Of a stretch of 51,972 nt of DNA, positions 1 through 7,223 are shown piece after piece. The DNA lies in contig JBGPNM010000001.1 in the NCBI GenBank assembly GCA_041487535.1, positions 1-51,972 on the forward strand. Direction: 5' to 3'. The notes beneath the pieces were generated by a model, which worked only from the letters and a program-made list of their open reading frames with translations, was not told the origin of the DNA and did no database searches. Position numbers and translations under genes: made by a program. This DNA is from Candidatus Saccharimonadia bacterium. GTDB lineage: Bacteria; Patescibacteriota; Saccharimonadia; Saccharimonadales; UBA4665. How positions within the stretch are numbered: the stretch's first letter is position 1; each line of letters begins with the position of its first letter.

Positions 1-52
1 AGTTCCATATATGAGCCTCTTTTTCTTGTTTGTTTTGTTCTTACAAACAAAG

Positions 53-78
53 GATAACAGGGCTTACGCCCTGTTATC
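53..78 (-). terminator. Hairpin downstream of atpC, a candidate atp operon terminator
   Basis: Perfect 11-bp stem GATAACAGGGC/GCCCTGTTATC with a 4-nt loop. On the minus strand it is followed by a T-rich stretch (CTTTGTTTGT). Confidence 0.45.
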
Positions 79-186
79 TAGCAGACAGAAAGGAGGCTCT
101 TATGTCGAACTGGGGTTAAATATAACACCCGGAGCTCAAAGAGCAGGAAGGCCAGCGAGCAGTGATTAAAGCGGTGACCGGTACTG

Positions 187-450
187 TTACATGTTTACGA
201 AGAGCATGACTTGGTTATCGCGGACGGTGATGATGCCGGTTGTAATAGGAAACGTTACTGGATCTGCATCGGTTTCGATGACAACATTGCCGGGGCTGAG
301 CATAGAAAAGAAATCGGCGTGCCCGGGCAGGATGTCAAAAGTTCCTACCCGGTTTTTTGCCGATACCGCCTGCGCCGGACCTTCGTAATATATATGGAAG
401 GGTGCCCGCGCGACGATGCTTAGCTGGTTCCCGCTGTCCGGTTGCTTCAT
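187..450 (-). CDS. atpC: F1 ATP synthase epsilon subunit (short, N-terminal beta-sandwich only)
   Basis: 87-aa ORF at the last position of the atp operon. It contains 'GTFDILPGHADFFSML..G.V', typical of the epsilon N-terminal domain, and overlaps the atpD stop by 4 nt. Confidence 0.8.
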   Translation of the reverse strand: MKQPDSGNQLSIVARAPFHIYYEGPAQAVSAKNRVGTFDILPGHADFFSMLSPGNVVIETDADPVTFPITTGIITVRDNQVMLFVNM

Positions 451-1895
451 GGCTTGGCGGCTGTTGCCGGCTCCTCATTTTCCGCCTTTTTGTCCTCAGG
501 TTTCTTCGCGTCGGCCGGCTTTCCGTCCGGAGCTTTATCGGCTGCTGCGTCGCTAGCCCCGTCCGCTTTACCGCTCAAAATTGCTTCAACGCCGTCCAAC
601 GTCTGCTCGATGGTAAAGTACTGGCCGGGTTTGCCGGTCAGGTGCTCGGCTACAGCGAAATCCTGTGAAAAGAACTGGATAAGCTTTTTGGCGTTCTGAT
701 AATCCACGCGGTCGGCAGGGGACAGCTCGTTTTCGCCGACGATGGCGATGATGTTTTTTAACGAGTCGTACTTTTGCATGATGGCTTGGACTTTGCCAGC
801 GAGGGCGTAATGGCGCTCGCCGACAATTTGCGGCGTCAACAGGGACGAAGTGGTTCTTAGCAGATCCACCGCCGGACGGATACCGCTTTCAGCTACCGCG
901 CGCGATAACACCAACACCGAATCGAGCTGCTGCGAGATAGCCGTTACGGCCGGGTCGGAGAGGTCGTCAGCGGGGATATAGACTGCCTGGACCGACGTGA
1001 CCGTGCCCTTATCGGTAGAGCTTAAGCGGTCCTCGAGCCGCCGGAGTTCGGAAAAAACTTTCGCCGAGTAGCCGCCCTCTGACGGTATAAGTCCCAGGTT
1101 GGTTGAAAGTTCGGTCAGCGCCTGGATGTGGCGGTAGATATTGTCCACGAAGAACAATATATCGCGGCCTTCTTCATCGCGGAAATATTCGGCGGCTGTG
1201 GCGGCAGCCGGACCGACCATGGAACGGATTGCCGGCGTTGCGTCCATCTGGCCGAAGAACATGACAGTGTTTTTTAGCACGTCGGTCTCTTTCAGGGTCA
1301 GATATAATTCGTTGCCTTCGCGGATGCGTTCGCCGACACCGCAGTAGATGGATAAGCTTTTCGAGTCACGAGTCACGTTGTGGATCATTTCCATCGTGAG
1401 CACGGTCTTGCCCACGCCGGCGCCGCCGACGATACCGATTTTACGGCCCTTTACGAACGGGGTCATAAAGTCGATGACTTTCAGGCCGGTCTCCAGCAGT
1501 TCCAGTTTCTCGCTGCTACGGTAGCTCTTGGTGCCGGTTGCATCGCTGATTGGCCGCCGGTTTTCGGCGAGAATCTCGCCGTCGTCGAGCGGCTCCCCGA
1601 GGGCATTAAATACCCGTCCCATCGTCGCCGGCCCGACCGGCACAGTGACCTTCTGGTGGCTCCGCCGTACTTTCTGGCCGCAGCGCAGAACTTGGCTGTT
1701 CGTCAGGTTGACACATACGGCAGCACCGACTTTAAAGAAGCTGACTTCTAGAAACACTTCGGGATGGTCATCCACCGTCAGCAGCTCCTTGATTTCGGGT
1801 CGTTCGCCGGTGAGCTGCACTTCGACCATGAGTCCGCGAAGACCTTGAATGATGCCGACTTTCTCTCCCTGGACAGTTGCTGTAACTTCAGTCAT
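447..1895 (-). CDS. atpD: F1 ATP synthase beta subunit
   Basis: Walker A GGAGVGKTVL and DNIYRH..A..E.S motifs, with beta-subunit similarity along the whole length. It carries an extra Lys/Pro/Ala/Glu-rich C-terminal tail. Confidence 0.97.
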   Translation of the reverse strand: MTEVTATVQGEKVGIIQGLRGLMVEVQLTGERPEIKELLTVDDHPEVFLEVSFFKVGAAVCVNLTNSQVLRCGQKVRRSHQKVTVPVGPATMGRVFNALGEPLDDGEILAENRRPISDATGTKSYRSSEKLELLETGLKVIDFMTPFVKGRKIGIVGGAGVGKTVLTMEMIHNVTRDSKSLSIYCGVGERIREGNELYLTLKETDVLKNTVMFFGQMDATPAIRSMVGPAAATAAEYFRDEEGRDILFFVDNIYRHIQALTELSTNLGLIPSEGGYSAKVFSELRRLEDRLSSTDKGTVTSVQAVYIPADDLSDPAVTAISQQLDSVLVLSRAVAESGIRPAVDLLRTTSSLLTPQIVGERHYALAGKVQAIMQKYDSLKNIIAIVGENELSPADRVDYQNAKKLIQFFSQDFAVAEHLTGKPGQYFTIEQTLDGVEAILSGKADGASDAAADKAPDGKPADAKKPEDKKAENEEPATAAKP

Positions 1896-2752
1896 GTGCG
1901 CTCTCCCGCGTGTCTTCTCCGCTTTTTTATTGCGACCATAACTTCGCGCATGCGGCGGTCGCTTTCGCCGCGCTTAGCCCGGTGGAATTCCAGCTGGGTG
2001 TGCAGCAGCAGTTCAAAGGCGAGTTTCTTAGCCACGGCCATGGCGTTAAAACGGCTGGCAGCTTGCGCCAGGCTGGATTCCAGAACTGCCTGGCTAAGAG
2101 CTAGCGTCATCATGGTCACTTCCATTTGGTCGGCGATTTCGTCGAGCGACGGTTCAAATATCGTATCTGCAGCTGTCATGACATCTTCTCCGGCATCCTC
2201 GCTCATGTCGCGCAACGTCGTGATGAGGTCAATAGTTTTAATTTCCTGCACGCCAAGCGACACGTACTCTTCGTAGTACACGACTATCTTGGGATACGGG
2301 CTGATCAGCCTGATAACCGGCGAAACGTCGATGTATCTATCGGTCTCTGGTACCTGGAAGAAGCCGATGTAGGGTATGTTCCTCTGCTTCAGCTGGGTGG
2401 CGCCGTGCGAGCCCAGAACTACAATGTCCGTCGTATCGCGGTCGTAGGCCGCGAGCATAGCCTCGATTAAACGCTTGTCAATATCGCCGCTGAGGCCGGC
2501 TTCGGCGGAGAGCATCACAAACACTTGTTTTGTCTGTTCGTCGGTCGCGTTGCGATTGGTAATACGCGTGCGCGGATCGACGCGTATAGAGGTGTAACGC
2601 GCCCAGAGCAGCTGGAAAAACTGCTTGGAAAGCTCGACCTTGTTTTTGACCTTGGCTATCTGCGTGCTGGCGATACTTTCGAACACGCCCGTCAGATCTT
2701 CTACGGTGAGGATCTGACGCTTCTCTTTCTCGATCTGACTAGCGCGTCTCAT
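1892..2752 (-). CDS. atpG: F1 ATP synthase gamma subunit
   Basis: Lies between alpha and beta. The N-terminus MRRASQIEKEKRQILTVEDL..ASTQIAKVK and C-terminus ..RMREVMVAIKKRR fit the gamma coiled-coil ends. The start was moved to the ATG at 2752 (the ORF track begins at 2782). Confidence 0.85.
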   Translation of the reverse strand: MRRASQIEKEKRQILTVEDLTGVFESIASTQIAKVKNKVELSKQFFQLLWARYTSIRVDPRTRITNRNATDEQTKQVFVMLSAEAGLSGDIDKRLIEAMLAAYDRDTTDIVVLGSHGATQLKQRNIPYIGFFQVPETDRYIDVSPVIRLISPYPKIVVYYEEYVSLGVQEIKTIDLITTLRDMSEDAGEDVMTAADTIFEPSLDEIADQMEVTMMTLALSQAVLESSLAQAASRFNAMAVAKKLAFELLLHTQLEFHRAKRGESDRRMREVMVAIKKRRRHAGERT

Positions 2753-2882
2753 GAGACAAACCTGCGGTACTCTACCCCACAAAAAGCTACGCTTTTCGCG
2801 GGGGCTCCGTTTTTCTCATCGCGCGGGGCGCAGAATGAATCCGCGCTCCGGCTGCTCTTTTTCCTATAACCGCATAGTGTCA

Positions 2883-4388
2883 TCAGGCTCTCTCCTTGGC
2901 AGGTTCTTTTGGTTTAACGGACTGTTCGGCTGGTGCCGCCGGCTTGGCTTCGCCTGGTTTTGCGGGCGCGGCAACTGCCTTGGAGTGCTGCTTGAACAGT
3001 TCGGCCTCCACACGGTCAAAATCCTTCTCGTCTTTCACCTGGTCGGCTACCTGCTTGGCCGATTCTTTCAGAGCCGGAATATCGATATCTACTTTGCCCT
3101 CACCCTGTATGACGGTTTCCAGCATAAGTTGCTGCACTGTCAGCGAGTGGCGTTCCTCGGGCGGTTGCTGCAGCACCTGGTAGATTTGCTTGCCCAACTT
3201 CAGGTCAACGCTGGCGCTAAAGGATAGACTGGCGCCGAAGTGCGAGAATTCCTCAGCTTGTTTGTAGGCAGCGAGCTTTTTGAAAAGGGCACCGGAGAGG
3301 CGCTTTTGGCGAACAGTCTGCGCCTGGCCGCCGACGCGCGAGACCGACAAGCCGGCATTAACTGCCGGGCGCATACCTTGACGGAAGATGCCTAGGTCGA
3401 AAATTATCTGGCCGTCGGTGATGGACATAATACTGGTGGAGAGGTACGCGGTGATGTCGTCGTTGGGCGTCATAACTACCGGCAGGGCAGTCAATGTCTT
3501 ATTGGTTTTTAGCAACTTGCCGGCACGCTCGAGCAGGGAAGAGTGGGCATAGAACATGTCGCCCGGGTACGAGTCGCGGCCAGGGTCAACTTCCTGCAGC
3601 AGCGACAGTTGCCGGTAGGCTTCGGCATGGCTGCTGAGGTCGTCGTAAATAATCACTACGTCCTGGCCGCCGTACCATAGGTGTTCCGCCATGGCACAGG
3701 CGGCGTAGGGCGCCAGGTATGACTGTGTCAGCGAGTCAAAAATGTCGGCCAACACTACGATGGTGTGTTCCATAGCGCCGGAGTCCCTGAGCCCGGCCAG
3801 CAAGCGCTCGATATCCACTTTACGCTTGCCGACAAGCACATACACAACGATGCGGTCGGTCCCTGCCTGGTTGGCGCTTAGCTGGCTGAGGAACGTGCTT
3901 TTACCCGACTTGCTGTCGCCCAGGACCGCGATGCGTTGTCCCAGCACCACCGGGAAAAACATATCTACAGCCGTAACGCCGCTGGCCAGCTGCTCGTTCA
4001 GCATACTGCGGGCCATGATGCCGGGCGCGGGATTAAAGATGCCGGATGTTTCGGTAGTCCGCAGTGCGCCGTTACCATCCACCGGCACGCCCATGGGCGA
4101 AACAACCCGTCCGACTAAACCCTTACCAACCGGTACGCTCAGAAGCTCGTTCTCGACAACTGCCAAGGTGCCCGGTTCGATTTTTTCCGAGTCAAGGTTG
4201 AATAGGATAACTCGGTCGTTGTACGCTTCGCGCACAAGGCCGCGCTGGCCGTCCTCGAACAGTACCTGCGCTCCCAGACGTACGCCTTCGAGCCCTTTGA
4301 CTTCGATGATAAAGCTGTTGGTGGCCACAACTTCGCCGGTCAGGTTATCGGCCTCAACTAGCCGCCGGAACACATCGTTGTCAAACAC
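2883..4388 (-). CDS. atpA: F1 ATP synthase alpha subunit
   Basis: Walker A GDSKSGKST plus an alpha-type beta-barrel and nucleotide-binding domains. The start is set at the in-frame GTG at 4388, which overlaps the atpH stop (GTGTTTGA). The 586-aa track ORF is an upstream over-extension. Confidence 0.93.
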   Translation of the reverse strand: MFDNDVFRRLVEADNLTGEVVATNSFIIEVKGLEGVRLGAQVLFEDGQRGLVREAYNDRVILFNLDSEKIEPGTLAVVENELLSVPVGKGLVGRVVSPMGVPVDGNGALRTTETSGIFNPAPGIMARSMLNEQLASGVTAVDMFFPVVLGQRIAVLGDSKSGKSTFLSQLSANQAGTDRIVVYVLVGKRKVDIERLLAGLRDSGAMEHTIVVLADIFDSLTQSYLAPYAACAMAEHLWYGGQDVVIIYDDLSSHAEAYRQLSLLQEVDPGRDSYPGDMFYAHSSLLERAGKLLKTNKTLTALPVVMTPNDDITAYLSTSIMSITDGQIIFDLGIFRQGMRPAVNAGLSVSRVGGQAQTVRQKRLSGALFKKLAAYKQAEEFSHFGASLSFSASVDLKLGKQIYQVLQQPPEERHSLTVQQLMLETVIQGEGKVDIDIPALKESAKQVADQVKDEKDFDRVEAELFKQHSKAVAAPAKPGEAKPAAPAEQSVKPKEPAKERA

Positions 4389-4875
4389 GGCGCAGTACCT
4401 CCGGGAATTTGCCGCGGTTTTCCAGGATAATTCGCCGGAACGACCAATCAAACATATGGCTGCCGTAGCGTACGCCCAACCCCCCAAGCACCGCATTGTT
4501 AAACTGGAACGTGACCAGTACATCCGCCGCGATATTATCGCGGCACCAGGCGACAATCGTCTGCCTGAGACTATTCGGCGGCATCGTTGCCAGCGTAATC
4601 GTAAGGCTGGGTGCTTTAGTCTTAAAGTCTTCCAGTGCGGCAATTAGCTCGTCCAGACTCTTTTCACTGACTGTTCTCTTCGCCAGCCAGCTCTGCAACA
4701 ATTCTTTGGCGGTACGCGATATGGCCGGCGGGTCGGAGCTGTGCTTCAACCGCAGTTGTTTTTTGACCGCAACTCGTGACGACCAACGGGCGTACTCTCG
4801 TAATTCGAGTATGAGCGCCGTCAAGTCCTGGGGAGAGGCAATGCTCGGCGGCAGTTGGCGCTTAGCCGAACTCAT
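4381..4875 (-). CDS. atpH: F1Fo ATP synthase delta (OSCP) subunit
   Basis: Sits between b and alpha. The C-terminal 'VLGGLGVRYGSHMFDWSFRR' matches the OSCP C-terminal signature (LiGG..v..G....D.S). Confidence 0.7.
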   Translation of the reverse strand: MSSAKRQLPPSIASPQDLTALILELREYARWSSRVAVKKQLRLKHSSDPPAISRTAKELLQSWLAKRTVSEKSLDELIAALEDFKTKAPSLTITLATMPPNSLRQTIVAWCRDNIAADVLVTFQFNNAVLGGLGVRYGSHMFDWSFRRIILENRGKFPEVLRRV

Positions 4876-5483
4876 TGGACTACCTCGCGTATTAATTCCG
4901 CTTTATGTTCTTCCAGTGTCGCCATCAGGTAGGGTGTCTGTGCGCCTAGGTCGGCGTTATGCCCGAGGGTCTCGACCATGAAGGACGCGATCGCATCAGC
5001 CAACTTAGCGTCCATCTGCTGGGTCAGGTATAGTTTTTCGGCTGCTATTTCCGCGGCAAGTTTAGCCCTAATTTCGGCCTGGTGCTCGGCTATCTCTGAC
5101 TGAGCGCCGCCAATGACCATGTCGGCCCGTTTGCGCAGCTGATCGAGCTCTAGACGGTATCGCTCCATTTCGTGGCTGAATACCTCTCGGCCGAGTTTCT
5201 CAAGCTGCTCGTTCAGTTGGTTCGTGGTGGCTTTTAGCTCATGCTGCAGCTCGACGGCTGAACGATCCAGGGCGACTTTGAAGTTAGCTTTCGACTCCTG
5301 AATCATCTGCTCTTTGATGGCGGGCGGCAAGTGCATGGTTTGCGGCGTGTAATGCGGTTTTTCGGTCTCGCGGGGCTGAGGTCTGAAATGGGCAAAGGCG
5401 TGTTGTGCCGCAATGGCCGCCACTACTCCGACTAAGAAGATATCAAAAGCTAGAAAGGCTTGTAAAAAGATAGACCACGTCAT
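4872..5483 (-). CDS. atpF: Fo ATP synthase b subunit-like protein (one N-terminal TM plus a long charged helix)
   Basis: One N-terminal TM helix followed by a heptad-like Glu/Lys/Ala/Gln-rich helix. It lies immediately upstream of delta with a 4-nt overlap. The sequence is divergent, so the call rests mostly on architecture and position. Confidence 0.6.
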   Translation of the reverse strand: MTWSIFLQAFLAFDIFLVGVVAAIAAQHAFAHFRPQPRETEKPHYTPQTMHLPPAIKEQMIQESKANFKVALDRSAVELQHELKATTNQLNEQLEKLGREVFSHEMERYRLELDQLRKRADMVIGGAQSEIAEHQAEIRAKLAAEIAAEKLYLTQQMDAKLADAIASFMVETLGHNADLGAQTPYLMATLEEHKAELIREVVQ

Positions 5484-5484
5484 G

Positions 5485-6357
5485 TCAGAACTTTACCAAC
5501 ACCAGATAAATTGACACTACGGCGACTACCAGGATACCCACAATCAGCGCCGACAGCTGGATAAGGTCGCGGTAGATGGCCGACTGCGACATGGGGTTGC
5601 GGCCGACCGAAATAATGCTGCTGCGGATCATCGAGTAGATAATGCTGACAACGACGACCAGGGTAATAATGAAAATTCCCATACTGATGAGCACGGGCAG
5701 GGGATTGATGGGCTTACCGGCGAGTGCGTTGGCTATATTCTGTATGGCGGATGGGATGATGGTTTTTTCTGGCTGCTTGTAGTAGAAGGAGACATTAACC
5801 AGCACCGGTACTTCGCCGAGTAGGACAGAGTGCTTCTGCCCTTTCTTGTCGCTATAGGACTGCGTGCTGCCGTGCGTGCCTGTCAGAGCGTCCTGCGCGA
5901 TGCCGACTACTTTGATGCTGCTGGTGGCCTTCATGCCTACGCCGTTAATAGGGGAGGAGGTAATCTCATCGCCCTGAGAAATGTCGCCGTTAATATTCGA
6001 TACTAATACCTCGACGATGCCGCTTGTTGCCACCTGGATTTGGTGGGCCTTGTCGCTGGTAAGCGATAACAGAGAATTCCCGTCGTTAATAACGACGCCT
6101 AAGATGCTGTTGGTATTGTCGCCATTTGCGGCAACAACAGTATCGGACGAATTCTTCTGCAGGCTGACTATTGATCCAATAGAGAGTTTATCGCTCGTGG
6201 AGAAACCTTGCGATATTGTTGTAATGCCGCGGGCGGTGGCAGGTACGGCGAGTATGCATAGTGCCGCCAGGGCGAGCGAGACCATAGCGAAGCGCAGGCA
6301 GAATAATCCGGCCACGTGGCCGCTGTGACGCGCTGTAACCAGGCTGTTTACTCTCAT
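5485..6357 (-). CDS. Hypothetical exported/membrane-anchored protein, first gene of the atp transcription unit
   Basis: 290 aa with an N-terminal signal/anchor (MVSLALAALCILAVPATA), a Ser/Thr/Asn/Val/Gly-rich domain of about 190 aa, and a C-terminal two-helix hairpin joined by 'VGRNPMSQ'. Its stop lies 1 nt from the atpF ATG. Confidence 0.7.
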   Translation of the reverse strand: MRVNSLVTARHSGHVAGLFCLRFAMVSLALAALCILAVPATARGITTISQGFSTSDKLSIGSIVSLQKNSSDTVVAANGDNTNSILGVVINDGNSLLSLTSDKAHQIQVATSGIVEVLVSNINGDISQGDEITSSPINGVGMKATSSIKVVGIAQDALTGTHGSTQSYSDKKGQKHSVLLGEVPVLVNVSFYYKQPEKTIIPSAIQNIANALAGKPINPLPVLISMGIFIITLVVVVSIIYSMIRSSIISVGRNPMSQSAIYRDLIQLSALIVGILVVAVVSIYLVLVKF

Positions 6358-6440
6358 ATAACCGCAATTTCCTCTAATGGCTAAAGTATAGCAAAAAACG
6401 CTGACGCTTCCGAATGCAAGTAGTGCTATGATTAGGCGTA

Positions 6441-6560
6441 ATGGGCCGTTCTATGCGGAGACTGGTACAAAAACAGCAGGGCTTTACGCTTCTTGAAGTG
6501 CTGATTGTGATCGTGAGCATCGCGATTCTGGTGGCGCTTATTTTTCTCATCCGAGGCTAG
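6441..6560 (+). CDS. 39-aa prepilin-like stub (class III signal peptide plus N-terminal hydrophobic helix only)
   Basis: I translated this manually; it is below the ORF-track cutoff. The product is MGRSMRRLVQKQQGFTLLEVLIVIVSIAILVALIFLIRG*. It has the canonical G/FTLLE prepilin cleavage motif with Glu at +5. An extended -10-like TGCTATGAT lies at 6424-6432. Confidence 0.45.
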   Translation: MGRSMRRLVQKQQGFTLLEVLIVIVSIAILVALIFLIRG

Positions 6561-6629
6561 TGCCAGCTGCAACTGGATTGTACGCAACAGTGGCGTGCAG
6601 AGGACCTCAATGCTAGTACCATCCTGCTC

Positions 6630-7223
6630 ATGGTTTTGTTATACTTAAGAACGAAGATGAGTAGGCACAAAACCAAGCTGCCCCAGGGCCTTGTTACAAG
6701 CGACGCCGTGCACAGGGGCCGTCGCATACTGAGTAAAGCAAACTTGCTGGGTGTCGGTGTCGGGCTGGCCATACTCCTCGTTGTAGCGTTGTACGTCTAC
6801 AGTGTACTTCGGCCAAAAACAGCAGCAACGAGCCCTGCTGTAACTACCGGACAACGCAGCGATACATTGTTGCACCCGGAAAAGGCGATATCCAGTGCAC
6901 AAGTAGAGCTGCAGCAGGCCAAATCGTCACAGCAGAAAGCTGCCGCCTACGTCGATCTCGGTACAGCTTATATGAATAACAAACAGACGGATCTGGCGAT
7001 ACGCGCCTACCAAAGCGCACTTACGTCAGACAGCTCAAACCAAGTGGCGGCGTTAACCGCGCTGGCGAATGCATACTATCTTGCCGGCCAGAAGGCACAG
7101 GCCATCAGCACATTCCAGACGTTGGTTCAGGTGCTGCAGCGGTCGAACGACCCCATGCTGCAGGCCCAGGCGGCGCAGTATCAGCAAGTGATCCAACGGT
7201 TACAGAAGGGCGGTGAGCTATGA
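6630..7223 (+). CDS. Membrane-anchored TPR-repeat protein
   Basis: One TM helix (LLGVGVGLAILLVVALYVYSV) followed by TPR-like repeats (AAYVDLGTAYMNNKQTDLAIRAYQSAL.., ALANAYYLAGQKAQAISTFQ). The start is uncertain (ATG at 6630 or 6657). The stop overlaps the next gene (ATGA). Confidence 0.65.
   Translation: MVLLYLRTKMSRHKTKLPQGLVTSDAVHRGRRILSKANLLGVGVGLAILLVVALYVYSVLRPKTAATSPAVTTGQRSDTLLHPEKAISSAQVELQQAKSSQQKAAAYVDLGTAYMNNKQTDLAIRAYQSALTSDSSNQVAALTALANAYYLAGQKAQAISTFQTLVQVLQRSNDPMLQAQAAQYQQVIQRLQKGGEL

Noticed and set aside
103-120. A 5-codon mini-ORF (ATGTCGAACTGGGGTTAA) preceded by AAAGGAGG, downstream of atpC on the plus strand.
   Set aside because: It is too short to evaluate and has no downstream gene on that strand within the window start. 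It is likely a chance occurrence.
3742-4647. Long antisense or alternative-frame ORFs overlapping well-supported genes. Examples are 3742-4647 (+) in atpA, 357-668 (+), 7250-7828 (-), 8507-9211 (-), 12396-13025 (-), 12683-13240 (-), 36316-36837 (-), 41869-42366 (+), 45796-46203 (-) and 50649-51104 (-).
   Set aside because: Each lies opposite or out of frame to a gene with strong family motifs. Their translations are Arg/Ser/Pro/Cys-rich low-complexity sequence, which is typical of non-coding frames in moderately GC-rich DNA. None has a recognisable motif or start context.
5485-5700. Calling the C-terminal hairpin of the 290-aa protein an ATP synthase c subunit (atpE).
   Set aside because: The loop resembles R-(Q/N)-P. 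However, helix 2 lacks the essential membrane-embedded Glu/Asp, helix 1 lacks the GxGxGxG packing motif, and the hairpin is fused to a large exported domain.
6558-6560. Possible TAG recoding or read-through, raised by two in-frame TAGs at 6558-6560 (pilin stub to TPR ORF) and 27372-27374 (DUF218).
   Set aside because: TAG is used as the genuine terminator of conserved genes in the same window, since pilB ends ..ADIE-TAG and pilT ends ..MRS-TAG. A read-through pilin-TPR fusion would have an implausible topology. A same-frame arrangement has a 1-in-3 chance expectation. Ordinary stop codons or a pseudogene are more parsimonious.
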